Positions 30,901 to 43,570 of a DNA stretch of 64,000 nt are shown here, piece by piece. Every line of letters begins with the position of its first letter. Position 1 is the stretch's first letter. Location: NCBI RefSeq assembly GCF_009914755.1, contig NC_060938.1. The stretch is one strand, 5' to 3'. The notes beneath the pieces were generated by a model. That model was given only the letters and a program-made list of their open reading frames with translations, was not told the DNA's origin and did no database searches. Origin of the DNA: the human T2T-CHM13v2.0 reference genome, Homo sapiens. The translations under genes were made by a program, and so were the position numbers.

Positions 30901-31779
30901 AAGCAATATTGAGAGAGCTGTGGGGTTAATGAACACGGATGTGGCTTTCATGTGCAAATTTCTTTTGATTAGATGAAACAACAATTCCCAGAGTTGGGAC
31001 TGGTGTCCACACACTCAGGCCTGCATCTGCATGTAAATGGCTTCATTAGATGCCAAATCTGTGTGCACAGATGAACTGTGTAAGGCACTCAGAGAGTCTC
31101 TGCTTCATGAGCCACTTTCTTGCTGTGTCTTTTTCCCATTCAGAAAATTAGTGGTAAATTTTCCTTTTTGCCAAAGCTTTTGAAAAAAAAGGGATAGGAA
31201 GCAGTGAACTGTTAACATATTTGTCCTCTTTTTCTTATTCTTACAACTTGCCGATTGAAAACATAACTTTTTCTACTTCCAAGTAAAATTGAACTTTCTC
31301 AATTTTACCTTGCAATTATTGAGGTTAGTGTTCTGTGGTTTACCATTTATTAAATGCTGACAGAAGAATGGTCCTCGTGTCAATCAAGGGCATCACCAAA
31401 CATTCAAATAACTTGGCTGTTGGCTCATTCTACCTCGGTTGAATCGGACCTCTGAAACTCCCTGGCCTTTTTATGATTGAAGGCTACTAAGGAGAACAGT
31501 CTTTTCTTTGAGAGAAAAGAGCAAAATATATTCTCAATATGTGCTTAATGACATCCTGAGCATCATTTTAGTTTGAGATATTTCTGGGAAATTTTTATCC
31601 ATAATCAATTAGTTTATTAATTGAACTGGCTTACTATCAGCTGTAGCCTACTTATTTTAGATGGAGCATATAGGTGCTAACTTTGTGGGCACTAAAGTAA
31701 TAATACTTATATAATAGAGATCTGATGTTATGTTATTTCTGCTATAATATTTTAGAGATGTAGTTTTGTTTTATTTACA

Positions 31780-34700
31780 AGCTATAAAATGCATAGATGG
31801 ATAGTAGGATCACATGCATTCTTTTGTATCTGGCTTTTTTTTCTCTCAGTTTAATGTTTTAAAGATTCAGTCACTTCACCGTATTACTAGTTTGTATCTT
31901 CTTATTGCTGAGTAATATTCCTATAAATATACCCCAATTTTCTTATCAATTTATCTATTGATGTTCTTTTGGGTTGTTTCCAGAGTTTGGCTATTATGAA
32001 TAAAGCTACTATGAACATTGTGTATAAATCTTTGGATTTATGTTCTCATTTATTTTGAGAGAATACTTGAAGTTGTAGTTGCTCATTTATATGGTAAGGA
32101 TATGCTAAACTTTATTAGAAATTCCCAAGCTATTTTCTAATGTGTCTGTATCATTTTGCATTCTCACTAACAACATATGAGATTTCCAGTTGTTTCACAT
32201 CCTAGCCAACATTTGGTATTAACAAGCTTTTAAATTTTAGCCCTTCTAATGGGCTACATTTGCATTTCTTTGGGGATTAATAATATTGAGCATCTGTTCC
32301 TGTGTACACTGGCCACTTGTGCATTTTGTTTTATGCAGTCCTGTTCACAATTTTGCCCATTTTTAATATTTTTGTCTTATTGAAACAAAAGATTTCTTTA
32401 TATATTTGGATACGTGCTTAATTTCAGAGGTATTTATTGCAAATACTTTCTCCTAGTCAATGTTATGTCTTTTCAGTCTTCTAGTAGTGTCATTCAAAAA
32501 GGATTTTTAAAAATTGATGAACTCAATTTGTTCATTGTTTCTCTTACGGTTTTGCTTTTTATGAACTGTCTAAGAAATATTTGCCTTCCCCAAAGTCACT
32601 TATTTTCCCCTCAGAGTGTTATAGTCTTAGCTTCTATATTTAGGTCTAAATCCATTTCAAGTGTGTGGTGTGAGGTAAGATTTAAATGTTTTCCTTTATA
32701 GATATTTAGTTATCTCTGCACCATTTATTTTTTGAAAACGCTATCTTTTTACCATTTTATTGCTTTCAGACGTTATCAAAAATCAAGTAAATATTTTGGG
32801 AGGTTTATTTTTGAAGTTTTCCCTCTATTCCATTAATCTCTGTCTTTAAGCTACTAGTATATTGTCTGGATTATTGTACCTTTAGAATAATCTTGAAATC
32901 AAACGGTATAATTCTTTCATCTTTTTTCTTCTTTTACAAAACATAATTATTTCTTATTTTTTACATTATCATATTAAAGTGGCTTATTAATTCTATTTTT
33001 AAAACTGCTTAAATTTAGATTGGAATTGAGTATTGTCTAGGGGTCTATTTTGAGAAAACAAATATTTTGACAGTATTGAATATTCTGATACATCAACAAT
33101 TATTTGGATTCTTAATTTTTTCTTAATGTTTCATAGTTTTCAGTGTACATGTCTTACAAAATGTGAATTTCCCATAAATATGTTTTTGTAGACACTATGT
33201 TATACGTTCTTGTTTTAATTTTGATTTCCACTTTTTTTTCAGAGTGTAGAAACGTAAATAATTTTTGTATATTGACCTTGTATTCTGCAAACTGGATAAA
33301 CGTATTTATTAGTTTTCTAATGATAGTTTTTACTCTTAAACCAACCTTATATACTTAAAATAAACCCCAGGACACAATCTTTTCATACATATCTGGTTTG
33401 GCTTTGCTAATATTTTGTGACAACTTTTTACACGTATGTTTATGAGGATATTGTTGGGTAGTTTTATTTTATTGTAATGTCTTTGCCTGATTTTCATATC
33501 AGTGTAATGTTTTCTTTATAAAATTAACTGAGTAATTTTTGCTCCTAAATTTTCTGGTAGAATGTGTAAATAGCTAGCATTCTTTCTTAAATGTTTGATG
33601 AAACCCATTAGTAAAAACATCTGTTTTTTTGTATATTCTTTGTGGGACCATTTTTAACTAAAAAGTCAATTTTGATAATACATATAGAAATACTCAGATT
33701 ATCAATTTCTTTCTGAAACAGTGTAGGTAGTATGTCTTTTAAGGAATTAATTCACTTCATCTAAGTTTTCAAAATTATCAACATATGGATTTTTTTATCA
33801 TTCTTCTATTACATACCAAGAAATTTACCAAATTTATTAGTCTTTGAAAGGTTTCATTGATTTCCATTCTTTATCTATTTTCTATGGTATTTGTTTTCTT
33901 TCTTACCTTTAGTATTTTCTAACTTTGTTCACCATGGGTTCTAGTTTCTCTTCCTTTTTGGTTTATTCATATAAAAACTTAGATACTTGATCTTAGACTT
34001 TTTTTTCAATTTAAGCATTTAAAATTAAAATGAAGGTTTTCTTACACATTAGCATCATCCTATGCATTTTGATATATTTGCATTTTCATTTTCAGTTGGT
34101 ACAAAGTATTTTCTAATTTCATTTATAATATCTTCCTTGAAGTATTGGTTATTTAAACTTATGTTTTTAAATTTCCAAATACTTTGAGCTTTTTAAATAT
34201 ATTTCTGTTATTGACGTCTGATTTAATTTCAATTAGGTCAGAAAATATGCTCTTACAATTTAAATCTTTAAAAAATTTATTGAGACTTGTTTGACGGTCA
34301 CACATATAGTCTATCTTTATAAATGTTTCTTGTGCTGTTGAAATGAACATGTATTCTGATGTTGATGGTGGTGTATTCCATGTCAATTAGATCAAGTTTG
34401 TTAACAGTGCTGTTCAGGTGTTCCATATTATTATTTATTTTCTCTCAGTAGTGTTGAAATCTCTACCTACAATGTGGATTTTATTTCTCCTTTCATTTCT
34501 TTCATATTTTGCTTTAAATATTCTGAAGATTTGTTGATGGGTGCTTATACACTTATAGCTGTTAGATTCTTTTAATGAGTTGAACCTTCAATCATTATGT
34601 GTTTTCCTGCTTTATCCATCGTAACAGCAACTGTTTTGAAGTCTACACTGTCTGATATTTACAAAACATCTTCAATGTTTTTTATGACTAATATTTGCAA

Positions 34701-35085
34701 GGCCTATCTTTTAAGCTATTTCTTTGTATTAAAAATGGGTTTCTCAAAGAAAGCAAATAGCTGTTGCTTTTTTTTAAATCCAGTATGTCAATATATCCCC
34801 TTTATTTGGGGTGCTTTAATCATTTACATTTAATATAATTATCAAATGTGTTTGGGTTCATATCCACCATCAGGTTAATTTAAATTTTTTTCTCATCTGT
34901 TTTTTTTTTCAGAAACTGAGGACATTTTTATTATTCCATTCTGATTCTCTGATTTATTTATTTATCATACCTGGTAAATAACATGGTTTGTTTTATTTTA
35001 TTAGGAGTTCTACATTTTAAAATACATATCCTTAATTTGTCGTAGTCTGCTCTCAACTGATATTATACCACTTCACATATAAGAA
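31780..35085 (-). mobile_element. Old L1M (L1MC/ME-like) ORF2-3'UTR, heavily deleted
   Basis: ORF 34159..34386 (EYMFISTAQETFIKIDY...TSLNKF...SIFSDLIEIK) matches the L1 endonuclease C-terminal motif; antisense 3' region (ttgctgagtaatattcc, ctattatgaataaagctactatgaacatt) near 31.9-32.0 kb. Confidence 0.85.
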
Positions 35086-35198
35086 CAATTTCTGTTTTAA
35101 ATTTATTCAGGTGAATTGACAATCACATAAGCAAAGTTTAATATAAGTCAGGATGTAGGTTTTGTGTGACACATTGTGAATAAATCTGATTTGAAATC

Positions 35199-35257
35199 CA
35201 CATCTCAGGCAATTGGTACTGGCTGAAAACACATCTCAGCCAGTTGGTACTGGCTGA
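35199..35257. repeat. 28-bp near-tandem duplication (period 31)
   Basis: cacatctcaggcaattggtactggctga / cacatctcagccagttggtactggctga, 2 mismatches. Confidence 0.9.
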
Positions 35258-36300
35258 TTTTTCACAGAAAAGCCATTATTGGCATCCTAAAGATCTAGAC
35301 TTGTCAAGGAACATAAGGCAATTTGATAGAAAGGGTGGGGACATGTGGGCTGTGTCTTATATATCCATGTATCTACAAGGCAGAACACAAAATCAGGTCA
35401 GGTACATCTGGAGTTCTAAAAATATATTTGATTGAAAGACAAATAAGTGAATTTAAGGATGACTAGCAGAAGCTGGAGAAAAAACCCAAAGCTCTTCTAC
35501 ACCATTCAATTGTCTAGAATGCTTTTGCTACGACTACCCAGGCAGAAGCATCAGACTTATTCTAATTTTATTTAAATAAAATTTCATATATCTGAACAAT
35601 TTTTTTGTGGGGAGGGAGGTTCAATTTGTTAGGTAAAGGATTTTATTTTATTTTCTAATAAAACTATCAAATGTACTCCTTTGAACTGAGATATTTATTC
35701 TGCTCCTATGTTTCTAGAAGGCATCATGCACTTGAAAAATTTCTGAAGACTTGGTAAGTCAGAGTGGCCTCTTTCTTCATTTTTTCTCCCCTTGTTCATG
35801 AGGACCATGGAAAGTTATGGCTATGGAGGAAAGATAGAGTGCTGGGAGAGGGTTTGAAGGCAGGAGAAATCCCAGAGGCAAAAAAGTGAATGAAAATATT
35901 CTGATAAAAATTGTCTTATACTGTATGTCTATGTATTTTGTATCCAAAACATTTTTTGTTCAAAACTAGATGACTAATTTTAATACAATGTTGGGAAGCT
36001 TCTCTTATTCTGTTTATGATGAGCTGTTTTATTTTCAATTGTTACATCTTTTACTCTTTTATGGAAGGGAAGTGGGAAATAACATGTTTCCAAGACTTGT
36101 TTTGGTTACTTTTCACAAATCGTGATTTAAGACATTCTTTCCGAAACATATGGTCATTAGTTATCTTTATCATTAGGAGACAAAAGATGACATATTTATT
36201 ATTCAACATATCTAAATAGTTTTGTTTCATATTCATTTTTTCTCTGTAACAGGGACAAAACATCTAGTTTCACCCAAGTTCTTGAAAGATAATATGTTTG

Positions 36301-36620
36301 GGCTGGTTTCGGTGGCTCATGCCTGTAATCTTAGCACTTTGGAATGTTAGGTGGGAGGCTCACTTGAGTTCAGGAGTTTGGGGCCAGGCTGGGCAACATA
36401 GCAAGACCCCAACTCTACAAGAAATTAAAAAAAAATTAGCTGAGCATGATGGCACATACCTATAGACCCAGTTACTCAGGAGGCTGAAGCAGGAGAATCT
36501 TTGAAGCCCAGGAGTTTGAGGCTGCAGTGAGCTATGATTGCACTACTGCACTGAGCCAGAATGACAGAGTAAGACTCTATCTCTGAAGACTCTATCTCTG
36601 AAATAGATAAATAAATAAAA
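36301..36620 (+). mobile_element. AluJ
   Basis: J features gcccaggagtttgaggctgcagtgagctatgatt and ctgggcaacatagcaagacccc; TSD aatatgt(t/c)tg at 36291 and 36624. Confidence 0.92.
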
Positions 36621-37842
36621 TGCAATATGTCTGTATCAATTTCCTACTTTTTAATTAAATAATTGTGCATAAATTAGTACTATTACTTTTTTCAGTTTTA
36701 AAATTGAATTTCCATAAAAGTAAGTTCTTTTTAATATTCTAAGAAGTCAACTTAACTCTTAGAAATATGTTCTTTTCAATGTCTCATTGATGGCTGCATT
36801 CAACACTATTTTTTAGAGATTGTATTTGCTCCAGAGGAGTTCTTTTGATGAAAGAGATCAAGTCATATAGGAATGTTCTTCCCTCTCTATGAGTGTAAGC
36901 TGTGTGGGTCCTTTCAAAACTTTAGGTCTCAGTGAATCATCACATGAGAGGTAGGTAAGCTTTATTCTGCGACTTCATCAGAGCATATTAATTTCATTTG
37001 ATGTGCTTATCAAAAATTCAAATCTTTTGCTTGACTTTCATGTCTCATAATTCAGTAAATCATTCTACTTATGAAAAACCTGTAATTAGCAAGGTCCTAG
37101 TGAGATAAAAGGATGTAGAACCACTTGATGCCTAACTCGAGTAGGGGAGCAACAACATAAATATGGAGAGCAATGGTTTTCATAAGAGCTTTGAGGCAGA
37201 GGAGAAAGCTTTTGGATTATAGTAGAGCATAATACTAATGATGAGCAGAATTTTTGGTAGACACTTTCAATAGAAATGACAGTTTAGACAGAAAGGGCAG
37301 AATGAATACCAGCATGCCGTTTAGAAATATAGTCCATATCCTAGGAATGCCCAGTAGTGTTGTTCATGTCAGTGACACTGAGTGTAGAGAAACAGAAGTT
37401 AGGGTTGAAAAGATACAATCATGAAATACTGGTTTTTAGAGGGTGATCTCAAAATTAGCTGGTCTAATCTAATTTTATAAATGAAGAAAATGAGGAGCAC
37501 AATTGTTTGGAGTCCAGTGCATGGCTCGGATTTTCTCGAATTCCATTTTGTCTCTTCAAAATGTTCTGTCTATGTGTCATACTCCAGAGAGCCCTAATCA
37601 CATTGTCATGTGTTCACATTTGATTTGTTAAAAAATGGTCATTACTGAAGATTTTTGAGGAGAGAAGTAACATGATCAGAGTCACACTTAAAAAGATTTC
37701 TCTGACAACTCTCTGGAAGATGGATTAGAGAGGAGAGAGACTGAAGGAGGGGAAATAAGTTACAATTTGATTTAACAGCCCAGAAGAGTAATAAGAGTCT
37801 ACACTATAATGATGACAACAGTAATAAGAAAGAGGAGATGGG

Positions 37843-37897
<55 letters not shown>

Positions 37898-37904
37898 GCA
37901 CACA
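37843..37904. repeat. Compound microsatellite A16-(TA)9-(CA)10
   Basis: Read directly from the sequence. Confidence 0.95.
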
Positions 37905-38904
37905 ATCTATGTATATGTTACATATACAGTTAATATATGTAAAACATATGTATAGTTATATATAAAACATAGATATAGATGTAGATATAGCTTAGGGTAG
38001 AAGTGGCTGGATTTATTATCTTACTGAATGTGGGATTCCAGAGTGAAGGAAAAGTGATCTTTGACCCGGAAGTTCGGAGTCATGGTAATTTAGAGTAAGT
38101 CAGCATTATTAACAGAGAGAGGCCAATCTACTGACATAAGAAGAACCAGGCACACACACACACTCAATGCAGACACAGAATCATTATGAAAAGTTTTATT
38201 TCTTCTATGAGAAAAGCATTTTTCAAAGAGGATCACCTAGATGGACTAGAGATTGTGATATGGAGACAATTCTGGAATCGTCACGCCAGAGGGCTCGGTT
38301 GTATGACCAAGCATGCTGTCTCTCCTAGGGTACACCATAGGACAAAAGGAATGAGTAAAAAAGAACCTAAGATATATTCACATAGCTGGGCTATAATTAT
38401 TTAATAAATAGAACCAAAAGAGATCATATTTTTATATATTGGGAAGCCACGTATAGATAATTTTATGTAAAAAGAAAGGGTTTGACTAGCTGGGTCTATA
38501 GGATGAAAAACCTTGCACTAGAATTGTGTATCCTGACTCTCAGTTCAGTTCTCTTTCCATTGCTTTTAGGATGTTGGCTGCAAATACATCAAAGGCAAAA
38601 CTGTAAAGAAAAATTATAGGAAAATTTAAAATACATGGAAGGGGTAATAGGATTGGAAAATTATGTTAGATACTCGTGAGCTAAGTTCTCAAGCGACATT
38701 GTGAGACATGCAACCCTCCTTTTCTCTGGCTGAACCAACTACTTTCATTCTTTCATTCTAGTAGCCACTAGTTATTTTTGCTAAACTTCTAATTCTATCC
38801 TAATTAAATGGGGTGAAAATAAGCCACTACCACATTCAAAGCAGCTTGTGTGTTCTCCTCATGCTTCTGAACTGGGGGACTGTAACATTTACAAAAGGCT
38901 GGTT

Positions 38905-39098
38905 TTGCAGTAGGCTTTTCATGTTCTAGTTATATGACCTTAGGCAAGTAACTTGACTCTTCTGGTTTTATTTTCTTCAACTATAAAATTGATAGGGTAA
39001 TAATAAGATCAAATTATAGGGTTGCTTTTAAGACTAAAATGAGTAATAGATGTAAAGCGCTTAGAAGACTACCTGGCATAAAATAAATGTTCATTATT
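38905..39098 (+). mobile_element. MIR SINE
   Basis: tagttatatgaccttaggcaagtaacttgactcttctgg...ctataaaattg...atgtaaagcgcttagaagactacctggcata. Confidence 0.75.
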
Positions 39099-40552
39099 TT
39101 CCCCAGAGTTAGAAAGTGTTCTGACTTGAACAAAGCATTACTCTCCCCTCACAGTGATCTATGAGCTATTTATAGCTCCATGTATTGTACAGTTTCTTCA
39201 TGAAACCTTTTTACCACTTTGATGCCCCACCTTTGATCATTTTCCTGCTTATAGCCAAGAATACCTGATAGAAAACAGGTGCAAATGAGAGAGGATACAG
39301 CCATATTTTGTCATAAAAACTTTCATTCCTTTTTAAAGCTTTGCAAATAACTGATCAAGGAAGCAGTATAAATTGAGCATATCCCATATGCATGTCGTTG
39401 TTTATCGGTATAATTGTTGGTATATATCACTCAGTATAATTAAGACACATTAACAACATTTTTTTCTCTTTCTTTTCTTGGACTTGGAGCAAATATCCAG
39501 TATGCCAAATTATACTGAGACCGGGATGTCTGATATAATTGTAAGAAGTGGAGAGGTAGACCAGTTCTGAGATTCATAATCCAGACTCTGCACTGGATGA
39601 GGACTGATGCTTCTTGCGTGACCTCCCAAGTATTTATTTATGTAACACCTATTGAATGAAGATGTGTGAAGATGTAACGATGAAAGAAAGGTTCCTCCCT
39701 TCAACAGCCTCCATTCACTCTATATAATGCTATATATCCATTTAAGCCTGAATGTAATTGAAATCTAATTCAATATTACTCCGGCAAAAATGAGAAAAAA
39801 AAGGGTAGTTTAATGGAAGATTAATTGTGTAGGGGAAGCAAACTAGTCAGTTATTTTGTGGGTGTTTTTGTGTTCCTTGGAAAGTATTGTGAGCAATTAA
39901 TTAGTATGCAGACCTCGTATTCTCTAGCGGTATCTTGACTATAGCTAAAGAAGAATAATATTTGGCAAGAAGTGATTATAAATTATTTTAAAAAATCAAA
40001 CATAAAAGAAAAGTGAACTTTCTGGTTCCTTAAGTAGGCCTATGGAGACACAGTGGCAGAGCCAGGTGGATTATTCTCCTTGATTTTCAAAATCAGTGTT
40101 TTAATGGAGGGCTAATTACGTAGAAGAGAAGAAATGATGGTATGCAAGAAAAACAAATTGTATAGATAAAAGCTCTTTTTGTGTGTGGTGGGGAGGAGAT
40201 TTACACATTTTGGTGGTAGATTTGGACAGAACTAGAATTTCCATGTATTTTGGCGTTGGGCAGCAGAACAGCCGAAGTCTTAGTAAAACACACATACACA
40301 CAGAGATGTGCACACACAGGCACACACTCACAGAAACGTGCCTCACACAGCATTCCTGTTTTTAAAAAACTATTAAAACGTGCCTGTGTTTCCCTCTATT
40401 GTCCTTCTTGGTACCTCTTTCTTCCTTTTTTTTCTCCTTCCTCCCTTCCTTTCCTTTTTCCCATTTAGGCTGGAAACGACTCTTTCTCTATTGAAAAACC
40501 TTCACAACTGCGGTCATTTCACATGCAACTCAGGTCATTAGTTTCAGACCAT

Positions 40553-40572
40553 CTGCTGCCCTCTTGTGGCCA
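40553..40572 (-). promoter_or_regulatory. CTCF core motif
   Basis: Minus strand reads TGGCCACAAGAGGGCAGCAG, a close match to the CTCF core CCAC(C/T/A)AG(G/A)GGGC(A/G). Confidence 0.7.
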
Positions 40573-41679
40573 TACAATCCACCTATCCATGCCCCAACTC
40601 TAAGACCCTGATGGTTTTTGTCAGTTGAAATGTTTTTTTCTCAGATGAAACGGACATCTCAAATTATAAAAAAGCTATTTTTACTGTCATATATTACACC
40701 ATTATCTTCTAATACACTTCTCTAAAGTATGTAAAAAATATATAATGTTTGTAATCGTATTAAAGACAACATATTCCTATACATCATGGAGTGATTGTTA
40801 TATCTTTCAGGGATATTTGAAAGTAGCGCATTTCACTCATTCATGTGGAGTCTTCAGTAAGTATAAGCCACTTTATATTAGTAGATAATGTTCTAACATA
40901 GAATGAGCCATAACTCACCATATAGTAAAATTATACCATGGCAAAAATTCTCTGAGAAAGGTATCAGGTAATGATAATTCTTGATCAAAATGATTTGTTT
41001 CAAGCATGTCTCATATAATACTTTAATAATTGAAAGAAAGAAATGGTTTCAGGTAGAATTCTTAAATATGTCTTTTTATAGATTTGGGAAATATGTTTTT
41101 CTAACAGATTCTCAATTTCAGTACCAACTATACATAAACTAATACATTTATCTCTAAAGTCATTACGCTTCAATTTATAGTCTTCCTTTTTTACATCATG
41201 ATTCCAGTGTTCTTTTTTGGTCACAAGAATAAAGCCAAAGTTAAAGCAAGGATAAAAAGAATCATTTTATTAATGTTGGCGTGCATGTCCCTGATATTCC
41301 TTATTGCACTGCTTTTTATTTTCAGTTTCTCATTACCATTTTAAATTAAGGACAAAGATATTTAACTTATTCAATATAATGCTTTAATGAAAACCAAAGA
41401 GCTAATTCCAAGTAGCACCATATACTCAGCTACTCTGAATGCTCAGCGAAGCTGACAATTCCATTTAAGGGGAACCTTTTTTTTTCGTTATTTGGGCTGT
41501 GGCTTAAAGACTATATTAGGTAATTCAAATGTTTCTATTGCAATAATTCCTAATTAAAATATTCAAGGAGATGGAGGTAAAAGAAACAGAGATTAAATGT
41601 TAAAGTCCTGGTACTACTGGAGTGTTAATGTCTGAGACATTGTCACACTGGCACAGGTTGTGCTTAGGGCCCAGCAAAG

Positions 41680-41887
41680 AAGAACATCAAATCATTTTAG
41701 AGAATTATTTCATGCTTTATATTTAAAACAAAATCAAATGTTATTTTTAAACAACAAAGAACATCAAATCATTTTAGAAAATTATTTCATGCTTTATATT
41801 TAAAACAAAATCAAAATCAAAATGTTATTTTTATGTTAAATAGATGATTTATCTATTTAAAATAAGATAAATAGATGATTTATCTAT
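41680..41887. repeat. ~77-bp tandem duplication followed by a palindrome and a 20-bp duplication
   Basis: 41680-41749 repeated at 41757-41833; ttaaatagat-gattt-atctatttaa at 41836-41860; 41837-41856 repeated at 41868-41887. Confidence 0.92.
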
Positions 41888-43444
41888 GGGAAAAGGCAGA
41901 AATCTGTTGTAATTCCTAATACTTACTTAATGGTTTAGCTGGTTATGGTTTGAATTAAAAATATATGGGACATGTATATTCTTTATCATATTTAGGGTCG
42001 CTAAAGGTCCTAAAACAGTTCTTAGCATCGGCAAGCCATATGATTAAACTGATTCTTTGGAGACTGAGAGTAGAGAATAATGATTCAATGAGAAGCATAT
42101 GGGCTATTGAAAATATTTCTAAGCTGATGACTATGATGTTTCCTTAAACATGAATCACTGATTATTGATCACTGAACATGACTTTTTACCAAAAATAAAT
42201 GCCCTTTCTCTATATTCCTTACTATCCTCGTCTCTGAAATGGAAAATAGAATTGTGATCGAATCTGAAAGTATCATTATTTAATTGATACCTGAATAAAC
42301 CTAAATTTTCTTCTTCTTCAGAGCCGAATGAAGAAGGAGGATATTTTTCACCTGGATTAAAGTTATTTAACTATTCAATAACAGTTTTAAGCTGTCTTGT
42401 GACCACTTGTCTTTACTATTTGAAAACAATCTAACCTGGATGATAGAGCCAAAGGCGGTTGTCTTAAGTTGTTTTGGAGATGATTAGCCTGTACAGTATA
42501 TACAAACTTTTCCTATTGTTTAAACAAAATAAATCATAGATAACTATTTCTTTCCAGAATATCATCTTAGTTTATTACTTTAGCATTCAATTTCACTAAC
42601 TGAACCTAGATCCATACACAACTTAAAAGAGAATATTTTCTTTGCAATATTTGTCTTGTAGAAACTAACAACAAACAAAACCTTTTTCTTGCTGCTGTTA
42701 AGCAGGGGAAATTCTGGCTTGCAACTCCATTCCCCTCTCAATAGGTACCCCCAGTTCAAATATGCACATGTTGCAAGAAAAGGCCAGCTTCGTATTTGGA
42801 AAATGAGCTGTAGATACTTTTCTCCACTATAAAGAAAAGATGTTCTTACAGCTTTTCCTTAGGGTTTTATGGGACAAGAAAACAAGCAATTAAAAAACAA
42901 TCACATGTGTAAAGTAGCATGTTGTTTGAGTTGTCGCACAGGCTAAGCAAGAAACTAAATCATTGAAAGTTCGAACATGGCTAAATTGCAAGTCTAGAGA
43001 ACATTCTCACACTGAAAAATGCTTGTTTATAAAATTTATAAAGTAAGAATGGGGACCTGGACTGCATTTCAAATTTAATATGATTATTTAGAAATAAAAA
43101 AATTTAAATTATAAATTGTATGAAATCCTTCAAATGCAAATATTTTAAAATTGCAGTATTGGAGGGTACAGTATGCTGCAAATCAGAAAGAACATGTCTC
43201 AAAGGCAAGATTTTTAAAAATCAATTTAGATTAATTGGAAATAGTTCCAGTAAAATTCTTGGACACGTTTATTATTTAGTATGCATCAGAGCTTAGCTAT
43301 TTAAAAATTATTAAGCACGGCATTTATTGAATAATATTGTTATTTTTATGTTAAATAGCTGATTTTTTTCTCTGAATGAACCATGCCTTATCTGAAAGAT
43401 TTAGCTGTAACTTTACTATTTTAAGAAAACTAACAAGATCACAT

Positions 43445-43570
43445 CCCTGCCTTTCTCCTTTTTCCCATTTCTTTCTTCCTCCTTCTCTCTCTGTCTGCCT
43501 TCCTTCCCTCCCTTTTCTCCTTTCTTGCCTTGTCTCATCCCACCTCTCTTTTCCTTTCTTTTCTCTCACC
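43445..43570. repeat. CT-rich polypyrimidine low-complexity tract
   Basis: ctttctccttttcccatttctttcttcctccttctctct...ttttcctttcttttctctc. Confidence 0.85.
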
